From Myxococcota bacterium (GTDB lineage: Bacteria; Myxococcota_A; Bradymonadia; UBA4248): a stretch of 49,649 nucleotides of DNA. Under the pieces are notes generated by a model, which saw only the letters and a list, made by a program, of their open reading frames with translations, searched no databases and was not told the DNA's origin. The stretch lies in contig JAZUKH010000083.1 of NCBI GenBank assembly GCA_045643185.1, positions 1 through 49,649 of the forward strand. Direction: 5' to 3'. Positions 47,351 through 49,649 of the stretch are shown here, one piece after another (position 1 is the first letter of the stretch; every line of letters begins with the position of its first letter). A program made the position numbers and the translations under genes.

Positions 47351-48055
47351 TTATTTAACCTTAAAGCTTCGTCGATGGATCGGGCAAAAGCCCAGTTCGT
47401 GAATGGCATCCCTATGAGCCTGCGTCGGGTAACCAGCGTGTTTTGCGAAGCCATAGCCCGGGTAGATTTTATCATATTCGGCCATGAGTTGATCACGGTG
47501 AACCTTAGCAATGATGGACGCAGCCGCAATGTTCCAAGAGCGCGCATCGCCTTTTACGAATGCCTCCTGAGGATAGACGAGTTCTGGAATGCGTTTATTC
47601 CCGTCGACGGCAACGAAAACGTTGGCTTTTGCGAGCGCGTCCGCATTGGGCGAGGAGAATAACGACTTTTGAATGCCACCAGCCCGGGTCACAATGAGTT
47701 TTTTTTCACTCAACCTTTTGACAACTTCGCCGACAGCCATGCGCATAGCCGTCAAACTCGCCATCAAGATATTTATGCGATCGATCTCTTCTGGCGGCAG
47801 ATCAACGATGGCATAGGCAGCCGCCGTTTGTTCGATCTGCGGAACGAGCGCTTCACGCGTTTTGGCCGTTAGTTTTTTGGAATCGTTCAACAGCGCAAAA
47901 AGCGGTGTCTGAGCATCCAGATCAATCGGAAATGCCACGCAGGCCGCCGTCACGGGTCCAGCCAGTGGGCCACGTCCCACTTCGTCACAGCCCAGGATCC
48001 AGCGATGGGCGTCGGTCTGCAAAAGTTCGTTTTCGATGCATTCTAGCGTATTCAT
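47351..48055 (-). CDS. rnhB: Ribonuclease HII
   Basis: G.DEVGRGPLAGPV, L.DSKKL, EID.INIL.A, VDGN, KGDA.S..IAAASI.AKV.RD, H.GYPT..H, HRRSF motifs. Confidence 0.96.
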   Translation of the reverse strand: MNTLECIENELLQTDAHRWILGCDEVGRGPLAGPVTAACVAFPIDLDAQTPLFALLNDSKKLTAKTREALVPQIEQTAAAYAIVDLPPEEIDRINILMASLTAMRMAVGEVVKRLSEKKLIVTRAGGIQKSLFSSPNADALAKANVFVAVDGNKRIPELVYPQEAFVKGDARSWNIAAASIIAKVHRDQLMAEYDKIYPGYGFAKHAGYPTQAHRDAIHELGFCPIHRRSFKVK

Positions 48056-48285
48056 AAGTTTTCCCAGGGTCGCATCTTACATCCGTCTCGATCTACGCGG
48101 CCGCGTTACATTAACACGATTACGCGAGCTGACAAGGACTAAAATAGTGTGTTTTTTTGGCCCTGTTCACCTTGTTTATTGGACGCGTTACGCTTATAAG
48201 GGCGCGGGTTTTTGGGCTGGCTGCACAAGGTGTGCGCCGGAACAAATAACTGGTTCCCGTACTACTTTTTTGTAAGGATTTTAAC

Positions 48286-49449
48286 ATGTCAAAAAAAGAT
48301 TTTTTGTTTACGAGTGAGTCCGTCACAGAAGGGCATCCCGATAAGATGGCTGACCAGGTCAGCGACGCCGTTCTTGATGCGATCATCGAAAAAGATCCTC
48401 ACGCCCACGTCGCGTGTGAATCGCTGCTCAAAACCGGTCTGATCATCGTTGCCGGCGAAATTACAACATCCACTTGGGTGGATATCCCTGAGATCGCGCG
48501 CAATACCGTCAAAAAGATCGGTTACGACAGCTCAAATAAAGGTTTTGACTACAGCACGTGCGGCGTGATGGTCGCGGTCGAAGGTCAGAGCCACGACATC
48601 AACCAGGGCGTCGACGTTTCGAAAGGCATCGTCAAAGAACAAGGCGCTGGCGACCAAGGCCTCATGTTCGGTTTTGCGTGCGATGACACGCCCGAATTCA
48701 TGCCCGCGCCTATCATGTATGCCCACCAGCTGACGCGCAAACTCTCCCAGATCCGTAACGACGGCAAAGTCGACTTCCTCCGTCCCGACGGCAAAAGCCA
48801 GGTGAGCGTTCGCTACGTCGACGGCAAAGTTCACTCCATCGATACCGTCGTCATTTCGACACAGCACGCGGAATCCGTGTCAAACGAAACGCTTCGTGAA
48901 GCGATCATGGATCTCGTGATCAAAGATACCCTCCCCGCCAACCTCTTGACGAAAGACACCAAGTATTTCATCAACCCGACCGGCCGCTTCGTGATCGGTG
49001 GCCCGCAGGGCGATTGCGGTCTGACCGGCCGTAAAATCATCGTCGATACCTACGGCGGTATGGGCCGTCACGGCGGTGGCGCCTTCTCGGGAAAAGACCC
49101 CTCCAAGGTCGATCGCAGCGCCTGCTATATGGCCCGTTACATTGCCAAAAACATCGTCGCAGCCGGACTCGCCCGCCGCGCCGAGGTCCAGCTCGCTTAC
49201 GCCATCGGCGTCGCTGAACCCGTGTCCGTCCTCGTCGACACCTTCGGCACCGCCACCATCGATGAAGCCATCATCGAACAGCGCGTTCGCAATACCTTCA
49301 AACTCAAACCCGCTGGCATCATCGAATCTCTCGATCTGCTCCGCCCGATCTACTCACCGACCGCTGCCTTCGGACACTTCGGACGCAAAGCCGAAAATGG
49401 CCTCTTCACATGGGAACGCACCGATAAAGTCGATGCCCTCAAAGGCTAA
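48286..49449 (+). CDS. metK: S-adenosylmethionine synthetase
   Basis: [63 protein letters not shown] motifs. Confidence 0.98.
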   Translation: MSKKDFLFTSESVTEGHPDKMADQVSDAVLDAIIEKDPHAHVACESLLKTGLIIVAGEITTSTWVDIPEIARNTVKKIGYDSSNKGFDYSTCGVMVAVEGQSHDINQGVDVSKGIVKEQGAGDQGLMFGFACDDTPEFMPAPIMYAHQLTRKLSQIRNDGKVDFLRPDGKSQVSVRYVDGKVHSIDTVVISTQHAESVSNETLREAIMDLVIKDTLPANLLTKDTKYFINPTGRFVIGGPQGDCGLTGRKIIVDTYGGMGRHGGGAFSGKDPSKVDRSACYMARYIAKNIVAAGLARRAEVQLAYAIGVAEPVSVLVDTFGTATIDEAIIEQRVRNTFKLKPAGIIESLDLLRPIYSPTAAFGHFGRKAENGLFTWERTDKVDALKG

Positions 49450-49509
49450 TTCACAATTCACGCGTTGCTTTGCTGCATAACGCGTACTTTTTATGAGTAG
49501 GGGGAAGTC

Positions 49510-49649
49510 GGCAGATTATCGTTTCAAATGCATAAAATGAAGAAAGACCGCATCAATCCGGTGTATGATGATTTGAACAGCTACTCATACGGAGGTTTGA
49601 TGCGATCATTTACCCATTTTACTTTAAACGAACGAGAAGTGCTACACCA
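49510..49649 (+). mobile_element. Left end of a probable IS30-family insertion sequence (truncated by window)
   Basis: Starts GGCAGATT..., resembling IS30-family inverted repeats as recalled (GGYAGATT); followed by an RBS and an IS30-like ORF start. Confidence 0.65.
49600..49649 (+). CDS. IS30-family transposase, N-terminal fragment
   Basis: GGAGG RBS, then MRSFTHFTLNEREVLH, matching the IS30 N-terminal HTH pattern (Y/F).H(L/F)T..ER; only 16 codons visible. Confidence 0.65.
   Translation, partial: MRSFTHFTLNEREVLH

Noticed and set aside
48056-48285. SAM riboswitch upstream of metK
   Set aside because: No SAM-I, SAM-II or SMK consensus recognisable.

Overview
Mostly chromosomal, coding-dense window (roughly 50-55% GC by eye). 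Inference: a deltaproteobacterial/myxobacteria-like organism, perhaps Bradymonadales-like, based on a MYXO-CTERM-like tail, PilY1, a PhaR-like protein and many Cys-rich secreted proteins. Housekeeping genes: rpsT, aspA, rsmE, htpG, miaA, coaE, ridA, rnhB, metK. Lipid/CoA enzymes: acyl-CoA dehydrogenase, acyl-CoA synthetase, DAGK-family kinase, a divergent biotin carboxylase and a two-ATPase CoA-substrate activase. Many envelope proteins are also present. No rRNA, tRNA or CRISPR was seen. Most notable: (1) two adjacent secreted paralogues that each look like a single shortened TolC/OEP repeat, one fused to a beta-propeller, giving a candidate undescribed outer-membrane channel. (2) A layered intergenic hairpin system: at least 11 covarying hairpins with an extrahelical G (C-G-TAT...ATA-G), most of the short ones capped by GNA triloops, four embedded in a conserved ~76-121 bp element that can carry a nested GTAG-type REP. 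An IS30-like element at the window end appears to have inserted into the terminal palindrome of a fifth copy. (3) A ~2270-aa PilY1 with a ~760-aa Cys-rich insert and AT-rich mosaic patches. (4) An HTH-Fic gene preceded by a 3x72-bp array plus one extra site, giving seven palindromic operator-like sites. (5) An RNase HII with an inserted QKSLF clamp-motif-like sequence. All calls come from motif reading by eye; no searches were run.
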